Part shown: positions 34,338 to 43,474 of the stretch, one piece after another
Position numbering within the stretch: the stretch's first letter is position 1
How the letters are laid out: every line of letters starts with the position of its first letter
Origin: Nitrospinaceae bacterium
Lineage (GTDB): Bacteria > Nitrospinota > Nitrospinia > Nitrospinales > VA-1
Direction: 5' to 3'
Assembly: GCA_029261515.1 (NCBI GenBank)
Contig: JAJDBE010000104.1
Coordinates: forward strand, 1 to 51,457
Length of the DNA: 51,457 nucleotides
Position numbers and translations under genes: made by a program
The notes under the pieces: generated by a model
The model's database searches: none
What the model was told of the DNA's origin: nothing
What the model saw: the letters and a program-made list of their open reading frames with translations, nothing else

Positions 34338-35527
34338 TTTCCAGCAGGCTTTTTGCAAAAGGTGGGATAAAGCGACTGATAAGCGCGGGAAAACTCCTGC
34401 AGGAAAATATCCACTTCCTCCAGCGTGTTCTGTCGGGAAAAGGAAACGCGCAAACTGCACCGGGCTTCTTCCTCAGTCAACCCGATTCCGGTGAGGATTT
34501 TTGAAGGTTCTTTAGAGTGGGCGCTGCAGGCGCTTCCGAGGCCCACATAGATTTCTTTTTCTTCCAGGTGGTGCAGAAGAACCTCGCCCTCCACGGGAGG
34601 AAAACTAAAATTCACGATGGCCGGGGACTGACGGCTCGCATCCTCCTCAGTCAGAGAGTTGAAGCGAATATTCAAATCCGATTGGCTATCCTCCAGGCTT
34701 TTTAATCCTTGAATGAGATGCCGGTTTAATTTTTTCAGATGCGTTTGAGTTTCCCCAACTTCTTCCACAGCGAGTTGAATGGTTTTTGCCAATCCCAGAA
34801 TCAGCGGCACAGGCAACGTTCCCGAACGCACGCCGCATTGTTGTTTTCCACCATGAATCTGAGGAGTCAGGGAAAGCCGCGAGTCATAAGCCAGCAAACC
34901 GATTCCCTTGGGGCCATGGATTTTATGTGCCGAAATAGAATACCCGGCAAGACCCGGCCAGACTTCAGGAGACAGGCTCAGTTTTCCTATGGCTTGAACG
35001 CCATCGAGAAAAATCCGCGTTTTAGCCGATTCCTTGCGAAGGGCGGCAATCAGAGGTTCCGGGTCATTCACCGTTCCCAATTCATTATTAACGTGAGACA
35101 AACAAAGCAACCGCACCCGTTCTTTTTTAAGAAACGCAACCGCCTCCAAACTCATCCGGCCCTGCCGTTGAAATTCCAGAAGCCGGACAGGTTCGTTGCC
35201 AAATATCCCAAAGTAATTCAGCGTCGCTAACACACTGGGATGCTCCAGCCCCAGGTACGCGGTCTTCTTGTCGGGGAAGCAAAGGCCCTTGATGAAGAGA
35301 TTGTTCGATTCACTGCCGCCGCTGGTAAAAATCAGCCGATGGGTCGAAGGCAGCCTGAGTGCCTCAGCGATTTCTTCCGCCGCTTTCTCAATGCGTTGTT
35401 TTGCATCCAGACCGATCCTATAAACCGTGCCCGAGTTGGCAAAGTCCCGGCGCATCGATTGCTCGACCGTTTCGGTCACTCTGGGGTCCATCGGCGTGGT
35501 GGCGGCGTTATCGAGATAGATCATCAA
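34334..35527 (-). CDS. Cysteine desulfurase (class V aminotransferase, NifS/IscS-like)
   Basis: IYLDNAATTP is present. SISAHKIHGPKGIG holds the PLP Lys, and GLGSACSA the catalytic Cys loop. The track start is TTG 35527; ATG at 35524 is equally possible. Confidence 0.9.
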   Translation of the reverse strand: MMIYLDNAATTPMDPRVTETVEQSMRRDFANSGTVYRIGLDAKQRIEKAAEEIAEALRLPSTHRLIFTSGGSESNNLFIKGLCFPDKKTAYLGLEHPSVLATLNYFGIFGNEPVRLLEFQRQGRMSLEAVAFLKKERVRLLCLSHVNNELGTVNDPEPLIAALRKESAKTRIFLDGVQAIGKLSLSPEVWPGLAGYSISAHKIHGPKGIGLLAYDSRLSLTPQIHGGKQQCGVRSGTLPVPLILGLAKTIQLAVEEVGETQTHLKKLNRHLIQGLKSLEDSQSDLNIRFNSLTEEDASRQSPAIVNFSFPPVEGEVLLHHLEEKEIYVGLGSACSAHSKEPSKILTGIGLTEEEARCSLRVSFSRQNTLEEVDIFLQEFSRAYQSLYPTFCKKPAGK

Positions 35528-35547
35528 ATGTTTTCTTTTCGGTACGG

Positions 35548-36108
35548 TTAGGATTGGTAAGGCGCCAGCAAATCCTGCGGCATGCCCAACTGATCGAGAA
35601 TTCGCGCAACAACGAAATCGATCAGATCCTGCATCGTTTTCTGTCCCTGGTAAAACCCTGGTGAAGCCGGCAGGATCAAAGCGCCGGCCTGATCGAGCGC
35701 AAGCAGGTTTTTCAGGTGAATCGTGCTGAACGGTGTTTCCCTGGGGACCACGATAAGTTTTCGCTTCTCCTTCAGCATCACGTCCGCCGCGCGTTCGATC
35801 AACGTCCCTGAAACGCCTGCGGCAATGCGACCAATGGTTCCCATACTGGCGGGAACGATCACCATTCCATCGAGAGGGAAAGAACCGCTGGCAATGGAAG
35901 TATTGACGCGCGTGTTTTTATAAAGCGTGACATTTTCTCCGGCGAAACAGGACGTTTTCAACCCCAGTTCGAGATGCAGCAATTCGACACCCCGGTCGGA
36001 AACGACCACATGCAATTCCGCATTTCCCTTGAGGCAGTCAAACAGCCGTTTGGCGTATGCCGCGCCGCTTGCCCCTGTTATCGCCAATACAAATCGTTTC
36101 ATAATCAC
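35548..36108 (-). CDS. ubiX: Flavin prenyltransferase
   Basis: FVLAITGASGAAYA and IVPASMGTIGRIAAGVSGTLIERAADVMLKEKRKLIVVPRETP are the UbiX/Pad1 signature. Confidence 0.93.
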   Translation of the reverse strand: MIMKRFVLAITGASGAAYAKRLFDCLKGNAELHVVVSDRGVELLHLELGLKTSCFAGENVTLYKNTRVNTSIASGSFPLDGMVIVPASMGTIGRIAAGVSGTLIERAADVMLKEKRKLIVVPRETPFSTIHLKNLLALDQAGALILPASPGFYQGQKTMQDLIDFVVARILDQLGMPQDLLAPYQS

Positions 36109-36719
36109 TTCGGTAAAGGTAATAAATCGCTCACTTCGCGGCGCAGATGCGCGTGCACTTCATCCGCAGGCGGAATGCTGTCTATTCGGCGGATGACCGG
36201 GTCGGAAAACGAGTCGAATATCGTTTGCACTTTTTTTAAATATTCCAGTTTCTCAAACGCGCTGTGCTTCTCTCGTGAACTTTGAATCCGTTCAAGGCAA
36301 TGCTCCGGCGTGGTGGTGAATAGAAACACCCGGTCCGGCTTGGGAGCAAAGGCTTCATTTTCCCGAATGATTTTTTCCGGGTTCAGTCCCAAGGCGCCCT
36401 GATACGCGGCGGTGGAATAATAATACCGGTCCAGAATGACGATTTTATTTTTTGCCAGTGCGGGCTGGATATTTTGTTCGACATCCTCCTTACGGTCATT
36501 GATGAACCAGGACAGCTCTTCTTCAGGAGAGATGTCCCCCCTACCCTCCACCAGGAGTTTGCGGATCTTCATGCCCCAATACCCTATGGTCGGCTCGAAT
36601 AATCTTTGCACCTGCAAGCCTAAACTTTCCAGATAATCCCCCAGCAGACGGCAATGGGTACTTTTCCCCGTCCCGTCAATACCTTCAAACACAATCAAAT
36701 AACCTCGGTCGAGTTTCAA
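36105..36719 (-). CDS. tmk: dTMP (thymidylate) kinase
   Basis: The P-loop is IVFEGIDGTGKST, and a DRY motif (LDRYYYS) is present. The TTG start has GAGG 5 nt upstream. It overlaps ubiX by 4 nt. Confidence 0.92.
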   Translation of the reverse strand: MKLDRGYLIVFEGIDGTGKSTHCRLLGDYLESLGLQVQRLFEPTIGYWGMKIRKLLVEGRGDISPEEELSWFINDRKEDVEQNIQPALAKNKIVILDRYYYSTAAYQGALGLNPEKIIRENEAFAPKPDRVFLFTTTPEHCLERIQSSREKHSAFEKLEYLKKVQTIFDSFSDPVIRRIDSIPPADEVHAHLRREVSDLLPLPK

Positions 36720-36894
36720 AATTGCCTCACGATCATTAGAAAAACCGCTTATTTTATATAAGTTTATTAGATTATGGGAGCAGAGACAACCGCTATCAGA
36801 CTGGGCAGGAAAAGATAAATCAACTATATCCGCAGGCAGAACTCAAAAATAAAGGGCATTCGTCCTTTAAGATCGAAAAAATCTGCCGGAGTGC

Positions 36895-36932
36895 ACAAAA
36901 AGAAACCGCCTGCCTTGGTTAAAGGCAGACGG
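36895..36932 (-). terminator. Rho-independent terminator of the chemoreceptor gene
   Basis: The minus-strand RNA reads CCGUCUGCCUU-UAACC-AAGGCAGGCGG. This is an 11-bp stem including one G.U pair, followed by UUUCUUUUUG. It lies 29 nt after the stop codon. Confidence 0.72.
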
Positions 36933-36960
36933 TCGGCTTAATTAAGATTAATGGATAAAA

Positions 36961-39414
36961 TCAATATTTAAACTTGTGCACCAGTTTTTGCAGATCGGTA
37001 GCCATCCGGGAAAGCTCGGTGGCCGCCTGCTGAGTTTGACCGACACCAGAGGACGTTTCCATAGCCGCCTGAGCGACACCGGAAATATTCTGCGTGATTT
37101 CCGCGCTTCCCTTGGCGGTTTCACCGACATTGCGCCCAATTTCCGCTGTCGTCGCCGTCTGTTCTTCCACGGCGCTGGCAATGGTGTTGGAAATATCATT
37201 GATCCGATTGATGATTTCCGTAATTTCGCCAATCGCATCCACGGAACTTTTAGTATCCGCTTGAATGGCCTCGATCTTCTGGCTGATGTCCTCGGTCGCT
37301 TTCGCGGTTTGGTTCGCCAGTTCTTTAACTTCGTTGGCCACTACCGCAAAACCTTTACCGGCTTCACCGGCCCGCGCCGCTTCGATCGTGGCGTTCAAGG
37401 CCAGCAGGTTGGTCTGTTCCGCAATGGAAGTGATGACCTTGATCACCTGGCCGATTTCGGCACTGCTATCGCCCAGTTTGGCAACAGTGGCATTGGTGTT
37501 TTCCGCCACCTTCACCGCCGATTTAGCCACCTTCGCCGCTTCATTGGCGTTCTGCGCAATTTCTTTGATGCTGGCACTCATCTCTTCCGCGCCAGTCGCA
37601 ACCGTTTGCACGTTGCGGCTGATTTCCTCGGAAGCCGCCGAAACCACATTCGCCTGAGCCGAAGTTTCCTCGGCATTTCCCGCCATGGTCTGGCTAATAG
37701 AGTTCAGTTCCTCCGAAGAACTTCCCAGGGTTTGTGCGGTTCCTGCAATATTGGAAACACTCTGCCTAAGATCCCGGAAAAACCTTCCCAATCCTTCGCC
37801 CATTCTGCCAATGGCATCCTCGCCCTTGACCGGAACTTCTTGCGTGAGGTCGCCCTCAGCGGCGGCATTGACCACTTTCAGCATGGAGTCAACTTTCTCC
37901 TGGAGTTCACGCGCCTGACGTTGATCCTGCTCCACCATTTCCCTGGCCTTTTTCTCGTTTGCGAGTTTTTCCGTCACAATCTGCCAGGTCAACATGGGTC
38001 CCAGATAATTCTTGTCCTTATCGAAAATACCTGATACCAGCAAATCAAACGTTTCCGGCCCCACCTGAATCAACGCCTGATGCGGCAGGTTATTGGGATC
38101 GGAAATGATCTTGCGTACGTTTGCCGGGTTTTTATGGAACACATCGATCGACTGCCCGATTGCCTTATCTACAGGAACCGGAATATGTTGCTGTAGCTGG
38201 CTCAACGTTTTGACTGCCGCCGGGTTGGCGTATTCAATAATCAAGTCCTGGTTCGCATACATCATGTTGCCGGGGTTGTTCTCCACCATTCCCGCCACAC
38301 GCGACATTCTCATTTCCGCTTCCACCTTCTCGGTGACGATTTCCCAGGCAATCATCGGCCCTAGATAATTATTGTTCTGATCAAAAACCGGGCTGATGGT
38401 CAGGTCGACTGTTTCTGGCCCCACCTTGATCAACGAAGTCATGGGAAGGTTTTTGGGATCCGAAACAATCCGCCGCTGGTGATCCGGATTCTTGTGAAAA
38501 ATATCAATGGTTTTTCCGATGACATCGTCCTTACCTACCGGCAGATATTTTTCCAGCTTTTCCAAAATATTCATGGATTCGGCGTTCATGTATTGAACCT
38601 TGTGGTCCGTGTCGGCAAACATGGTTCCCTGCGGAGTGTTCTCCATCATCGAAACGATTTTAGCGGTTTCCGTCTCGGATTTTTTCATTGACCGCATCAG
38701 CATCATGATTCCACCGACCATCAGGGCCACCAAAGCCAGACAAAAAACGGTAATGCCCGTCACCCGGTTCACCATTGAGCTGTTAGCAGCCAACTGAGTG
38801 TCGACCGGGGAAATGACTTCCAGCACCCCGCGCACATCATTCAATTTCCAGTCGTTTTTCGGGGTGTCGGCGCGGGTGTTGTGACAATTGACACAGGCTT
38901 CGGCGACCATTTTATCCGCCATCGCCACACGCACTACATCCTGGCCATTCAGGTTTTCATGGCGAACAAATTCCTGATCGGGATTGGATTTAAAAAAAGC
39001 CATTGCATCTTTGCCAAAGGAATCCAGAGTGCGGTCTTTACGGTTGGGGAATGGATATTCGCTGTAAAGTTTTAACTTGATTTTATCCTCCCCCTTTTTA
39101 CTGAGAAGGGCACTCATATCATGAATCACTGTAGCGGGAAGGGGGATAGCATCGTCCATGGTCGCATGGTCATAAGAAATTTTAAGGCCGGTGTCATTGC
39201 CTTTGACCTTTTTAATGACGCTTTTTACATAATAAGCTCTCAGCGTTTTAAACTGGTCGATGATGGAAAGCGCATTCAGCGTGGCTCCCTTTTGGGTATT
39301 TTGTGAACTGGCGTTGGAAATGTATATGATCAGGCCGACAATACTGACGGCCAGAATCCCCACTACGCCAAACATCATCTTGCCCATGTGCTTCCTTAAA
39401 AAGTCCTCTCGCAT
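36961..39414 (-). CDS. Methyl-accepting chemotaxis protein: periplasmic CxxCH (DUF3365/Tll0287-like) sensor, two PAS domains, MCP signalling domain
   Basis: TM1 is aa ~13-33, followed by a periplasmic domain with ACVNCH (codons 38881-38895). TM2 is aa ~219-241. Two paralogous PAS units (aa ~253-363 and ~373-483) share IDxFHKNP...SDPxNLP...VGPETxDL...NYLGPMxxWxIVTEK. The highly conserved [35 protein letters not shown] hairpin tip is present. Confidence 0.93.
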   Translation of the reverse strand: MREDFLRKHMGKMMFGVVGILAVSIVGLIIYISNASSQNTQKGATLNALSIIDQFKTLRAYYVKSVIKKVKGNDTGLKISYDHATMDDAIPLPATVIHDMSALLSKKGEDKIKLKLYSEYPFPNRKDRTLDSFGKDAMAFFKSNPDQEFVRHENLNGQDVVRVAMADKMVAEACVNCHNTRADTPKNDWKLNDVRGVLEVISPVDTQLAANSSMVNRVTGITVFCLALVALMVGGIMMLMRSMKKSETETAKIVSMMENTPQGTMFADTDHKVQYMNAESMNILEKLEKYLPVGKDDVIGKTIDIFHKNPDHQRRIVSDPKNLPMTSLIKVGPETVDLTISPVFDQNNNYLGPMIAWEIVTEKVEAEMRMSRVAGMVENNPGNMMYANQDLIIEYANPAAVKTLSQLQQHIPVPVDKAIGQSIDVFHKNPANVRKIISDPNNLPHQALIQVGPETFDLLVSGIFDKDKNYLGPMLTWQIVTEKLANEKKAREMVEQDQRQARELQEKVDSMLKVVNAAAEGDLTQEVPVKGEDAIGRMGEGLGRFFRDLRQSVSNIAGTAQTLGSSSEELNSISQTMAGNAEETSAQANVVSAASEEISRNVQTVATGAEEMSASIKEIAQNANEAAKVAKSAVKVAENTNATVAKLGDSSAEIGQVIKVITSIAEQTNLLALNATIEAARAGEAGKGFAVVANEVKELANQTAKATEDISQKIEAIQADTKSSVDAIGEITEIINRINDISNTIASAVEEQTATTAEIGRNVGETAKGSAEITQNISGVAQAAMETSSGVGQTQQAATELSRMATDLQKLVHKFKY

Positions 39415-39831
39415 TTTCTCCCCCTGCTCTTTATAAAAACTATAAAATTGTTAATGATAAATTGATATTTTCTATAGGAATTTTCCTGCTCTGAGCGAAT
39501 TGGTAAAATAGGTGTTCAGGCACCTTTGAGCGTGTTTCCATACAATAACTAGCAGAAATTATTTTATACAATAAATGTAATTCTGTAAAGCCAAAATATT
39601 GTTTTAATTGAAATTGGCCTCTTAAAAAAGAAAAATAAAATCCAAGCCCGAATTGTGTTTTCTTTAGGAAGGAATCGCGAACGACGCTGGTTGCAAACCT
39701 CGGCATTTTATTTAATAATAGCGTTCCGAATAAATCCTGTTTTTTCAATGGTTATGAAAAACAGCCCTAAACGGCTCTCAAATGGGCTTATCGACAAAGT
39801 TTCCATAAAGATTAGTTCTCTATAAGAATAT

Positions 39832-40365
39832 ATGAAACGATTTTTCAAAAATTTAGGCTGGGTCTGCCTCGGGATTTTTCTCCAGTTCAAATTCAACGCC
39901 CTGTATGGAATCGTGTTTCTGGAAAACCTGAATTTTCACGAGCGGACGTATTATGTGAAAATGCAGGAAACTCCGATTGACGGCAAAACCGGGCTCATCA
40001 CCATCGGCACCACTGTCCATCATTCCCTGGGTCCGGATTATTTTGCTTATGTGTACATTCCCTCTCATTTCAAGGTATTGAATCAACCTCTCTATCAGGG
40101 AACCGAGGCTATAGAGGGTTACCTGACCTATAAAATGGACATGAAACGCCGTTACCGGGATGTTCTGGCTACAGCTGATTTTATTATCACGCCAGCGAAC
40201 GGGAAAAAGGACATCCCTCCTGCCCCCATCATTGTCCATTTTGAGAACATGAAACAACAGCTTCATAAAGACGCCACCTACCAGCTTGCGGTGAAAAACA
40301 AAAAAATTCACCTGGAAGGCCCGGAATTGGTGGAAGTCAAATACCCGCAAAAATTAGGCATGTGA
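39832..40365 (+). CDS. Hypothetical protein with hydrophobic N-terminus
   Basis: This is a 177-aa ORF with a signal/anchor-like LGWVCLGIFLQF segment and no recognisable motifs. It is followed 28 nt later by the J-domain gene. Confidence 0.45.
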   Translation: MKRFFKNLGWVCLGIFLQFKFNALYGIVFLENLNFHERTYYVKMQETPIDGKTGLITIGTTVHHSLGPDYFAYVYIPSHFKVLNQPLYQGTEAIEGYLTYKMDMKRRYRDVLATADFIITPANGKKDIPPAPIIVHFENMKQQLHKDATYQLAVKNKKIHLEGPELVEVKYPQKLGM

Positions 40366-40393
40366 GTCCTTTTTTTGAGATACGATAAAGGGT

Positions 40394-41242
40394 ATGAATC
40401 GGCGCACCAAAGAATATAAAGACTACTACAAAATCCTGGGAGTCCCGGAGAACGCCCCGGATGCGGAGATCAAAAAAACCTACCGCAAACTGGCTCTGGA
40501 AAATCACCCCGACCACCATCCCGGCGACCCAACGAGAGAAGACAAGTTCAAGGAAATCACCGAAGCCTATGGGGTGTTGATCGATCCCGGTAAACGCCGG
40601 GAGTACGACCGCTTCCGCGCCGCGTATCAATCCGGTGGAAGACCGGGGGCGGACCAGTTCAGCTATTCCCAGGAAGAGATTTTCGAGAACATGTTCCGGC
40701 AGGGCTTTTCCCGTGAGATGTTTGAGGATTTGAACCGGGAATTCAGCAAATCGGGTTTTCGGTCGGGCAACACTTTTTTTCAAACCGTCTTTTTTGGCGG
40801 CGCCGTCAGCGGCTTGAGCCGCATCCTCGGCATGATTCCAGGCCCTATCGGAAAAATCGGCTACGGCCTGCGGTTGGCCCATATGGTCGGCTCCTCCATC
40901 ATGGCGTATAACCGCCTGCGCCAGACCCAAAAGGGAAATGGAAGCGTCGAAGGCTCTCCTAATGTAATGGATTCCATCAAAGGCGCCTTTAAAAAAGACG
41001 CTGGCGTGAATCCAATGGACATCCATTTTTCGATCACCCTGCCTCCCGCCGAGGCCCTGACCGGAACGCGCAAAAAGATCTCCTACAAAGCCGGAGATGA
41101 AATGGAACAACTCTCTGTCCGCATCCCGCCGAACTTTCCCAACGACGGCAAACTGCGAATTCGTGAAAAGGGCAACATAAAAAATGGAGAACGCGGCGAT
41201 CTGATCCTGACGGTCAAGGTTCAGCCATCCGTTAAGAACTAA
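40394..41242 (+). CDS. J-domain co-chaperone (DnaJ/CbpA-like, no zinc finger)
   Basis: The J domain is [36 protein letters not shown]...[16 protein letters not shown], with the HPD motif. The C-terminal [12 protein letters not shown] resembles a DnaJ C-terminal beta-domain. The central segment is hydrophobic and Gly-rich. Confidence 0.85.
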   Translation: MNRRTKEYKDYYKILGVPENAPDAEIKKTYRKLALENHPDHHPGDPTREDKFKEITEAYGVLIDPGKRREYDRFRAAYQSGGRPGADQFSYSQEEIFENMFRQGFSREMFEDLNREFSKSGFRSGNTFFQTVFFGGAVSGLSRILGMIPGPIGKIGYGLRLAHMVGSSIMAYNRLRQTQKGNGSVEGSPNVMDSIKGAFKKDAGVNPMDIHFSITLPPAEALTGTRKKISYKAGDEMEQLSVRIPPNFPNDGKLRIREKGNIKNGERGDLILTVKVQPSVKN

Positions 41243-41344
41243 CACTTCGTTTTCCATTGGAGATAAAGTTATTTTAGCCTATTTGGACGTATAACTGAAT
41301 TTAGCTTTGGACAATGGCATTTCCTTAAAGAAGGAGCAAACCTC

Positions 41345-41980
41345 ATGACAAAAAATTTCCTCCACATGAAAAGGTTTTTAATATTTTTTATTCTTGCCCT
41401 GACTCTGTCTCTAGCCAGTTCCAGTTGGGGAGAGGAAAAGGAAGAAGGTTCCGGAGGTCAGATGATGGATGCGGAAACTCAGGCCATGATGGAAAAATTT
41501 GCGCAATATGCCACGCCCGGCGAAAACCATAAGATACTGGATATTCTTGTCGGACGGTGGGATCACGTGGTGAAGTGGTGGATGACCGCGGACAGCCCGC
41601 CGGAAAAATCAACCGGCACTACGGAAACCAAATGGATCATGGGAGGGCGTTATCTGCAAGCTCTTGTCAGCGGGACTTCCATGGGCCAGCCTTTTGAAGG
41701 CATGGCAATCACAGCTTATGACAATGCCCTGGGAAAATACCAGCTGATCTGGATCGACAATATGGGAACAGGCATGATGATTGGAGAAGCCACCTATGAT
41801 GCCAAAAAAGAAATTATGATGGAACGCGGGCATTTCTCCGATCCTCTGACAGGTCAGGTTTCATACAGAGGGGAAACAAAGTTCACTGATGACGACCATT
41901 ATACCTATGAAATGTTCCGCACCGGACAGGACGGCAAGGAATACCGGATGCTGGAGATTTCTTATACGCGGATAAAGTGA
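41345..41980 (+). CDS. Secreted DUF1579-like protein
   Basis: A signal peptide is present. GRWDHVVKWWM...WIMGGRYLQ...YDNALGKYQLIWIDNMGTGM matches the DUF1579 pattern as I recall it. AAGGAG lies 8 nt upstream of the ATG. Confidence 0.72.
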   Translation: MTKNFLHMKRFLIFFILALTLSLASSSWGEEKEEGSGGQMMDAETQAMMEKFAQYATPGENHKILDILVGRWDHVVKWWMTADSPPEKSTGTTETKWIMGGRYLQALVSGTSMGQPFEGMAITAYDNALGKYQLIWIDNMGTGMMIGEATYDAKKEIMMERGHFSDPLTGQVSYRGETKFTDDDHYTYEMFRTGQDGKEYRMLEISYTRIK

Positions 41981-41993
41981 ACGGATTGCCTGA

Positions 41994-42024
41994 GGTGAGG
42001 CGTTTTTTTTAAAGATGCCTCACC
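41994..42024 (+). other. GC-rich hairpin after the DUF1579 gene (possible terminator)
   Basis: ggtgaggc (41994-42001) pairs with gcctcacc (42017-42024). The T8 run lies inside the loop rather than after the stem, so the terminator call is weak. Confidence 0.3.
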
Positions 42025-42160
42025 CCTAGGCTTTCACCCTACCTTTGCGCTTCCCCTCTTAACGGCTTCAGCACACTGCCGAAATTCCTGTTATTTTTGT
42101 CAACACCATCGTATAATCGACTGTAAATCCATAACTTATCACTTTCCAATCTAATTTTTG

Positions 42161-43474
42161 ATGGCGAAACTATTTTTCGCGGGAAACCGTATCCACATCG
42201 CTCTCTTGGCTCTGGCCATTCTCCTTGGATGCGGGAAAACCAACGCGGATGACAAAACCGCGAAACCCGAAAAGCCCGTTCCGGTGGTGGTGGCGAAAGT
42301 GCAACGGCTGGCGGCGCAAACCAGGATCGAACTTCCAGGGAGCATTCTTCCCTGGGCGATCACCCGAATGGCGGCTGAAATCGATGGGCGGGTCGAGGAA
42401 TTTTTCTATCAGGAAGGAGAATATGTCAAAAGGGGTGAACCCATCGTGCAACTGCACACGCGGCCTCTCGAACTGGAATTGAACCTGGCGAAAGCGGAAA
42501 AACGGCGCGCGGCCAATCGTCTTGAGGAATTAAAGACCGGAACGCGGGTGGAAGTTCTCGAAGCCGCCAGGGCAGCTCTGGGAAAAGCCAAAGCCCGGCT
42601 GGAACTGACAAACAATGAATTAAAACGCATCAAAACATTAAAAGACGACGGGGTTTTGAGCGTCAACGATTATGACAACGCACTCGCTCAAGCGGAAGAA
42701 GCCAAGGCCCAGTACGATGAGAAAAAAGCCCAGTTGGATGAACAGGTCGCCGGTCCCCGAATCGAACAGATTCAGCAGGAAGAAGCCAATTTTTCCGCTG
42801 CCGAAGCCAAAGTCAAAATCATTCAGGATCAAATTCACCGGGGAACCGTTTTCGCCCCCTTCGATGGCTTTCTCGTGAAAAAGGAAACCGAGGTGGGTCA
42901 GTGGCTGGAAAAAGCCGACCCCTTGCTGACTTTGATCGCCACCCATCCGGTAAAAGCGGAGGTGAACCTGCCGCAATCGCAGTTCAGCAAAATCAAATTG
43001 GGAATGACGGCGGAGGTGATGCTGGAATCCGAATCCCCCAACGAATCCCCGCAGGTGTTTAAAGGCGAAGTCATCGAAAAAATTCATTCCGGCGACCCGG
43101 CTTCGAGAACGTTTCCCGTGAGGATCAAAGTCGACAATCCCGAATCCGAGATCGCCGTGGGCATGCTGGTCCGCGTCAAATTCCAACACCAGACCGAGAC
43201 CACGACCCGGCTTTATGTTCCCAAGGATGCTTTGGTCCGGTCGCCTTTCTCCATCGTCGTCTGGCGGGTGGATGAAGATGACGGACAAACGCTTTCGGTC
43301 CATAAAGTCGTGGTGAAACCGGGCGAACTGTTCGACAGCCTGGTTGCCATCGAGCCTGTGGATGGGGAAGTCATGGAAAACGACCGGGTCGTGGTGCATG
43401 GCAATGAACGTCTGCGGCCAGGAGGTAAGGTCACCCTCACTCAAAATCCGCCTGATGGGCAGAATTCTCCATGA
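42161..43474 (+). CDS. RND efflux periplasmic adaptor (membrane fusion protein, HlyD family)
   Basis: A lipoprotein-like LLGCG is present. A long coiled-coil hairpin (LELNLAKAE...LKRIKTLKDDGVLSVNDYD...) and beta-barrel segments follow. A perfect TATAAT lies at 42112-42117 upstream. Confidence 0.88.
   Translation: MAKLFFAGNRIHIALLALAILLGCGKTNADDKTAKPEKPVPVVVAKVQRLAAQTRIELPGSILPWAITRMAAEIDGRVEEFFYQEGEYVKRGEPIVQLHTRPLELELNLAKAEKRRAANRLEELKTGTRVEVLEAARAALGKAKARLELTNNELKRIKTLKDDGVLSVNDYDNALAQAEEAKAQYDEKKAQLDEQVAGPRIEQIQQEEANFSAAEAKVKIIQDQIHRGTVFAPFDGFLVKKETEVGQWLEKADPLLTLIATHPVKAEVNLPQSQFSKIKLGMTAEVMLESESPNESPQVFKGEVIEKIHSGDPASRTFPVRIKVDNPESEIAVGMLVRVKFQHQTETTTRLYVPKDALVRSPFSIVVWRVDEDDGQTLSVHKVVVKPGELFDSLVAIEPVDGEVMENDRVVVHGNERLRPGGKVTLTQNPPDGQNSP

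Noticed and set aside
36976-38034. 352-aa plus-strand ORF antisense to the chemoreceptor.
   Set aside because: The MCP signalling domain is Ala/Glu/Thr-rich and commonly leaves long antisense ORFs. The minus frame contains the universally conserved MCP hairpin-tip sequence.
39518-39532. Sigma54-like element AGGCAC-N5-GAGCG (GG-N10-GC spacing).
   Set aside because: Only the GG/GC dinucleotide framework matches, and the -12 region is poor. It lies ~300 nt from the nearest plus-strand start codon, and no enhancer-binding-protein gene is nearby.
39440-39748. 102-aa minus-strand ORF in the AT-rich spacer.
   Set aside because: Its composition is Phe/Leu/Lys/Tyr-rich, dictated by the AT-rich DNA. 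It has no SD and lies in a probable promoter region.
40337-41257. 306-aa minus-strand ORF antisense to the J-domain gene.
   Set aside because: The plus frame has a textbook J domain with HPD. The antisense product has no recognisable features.
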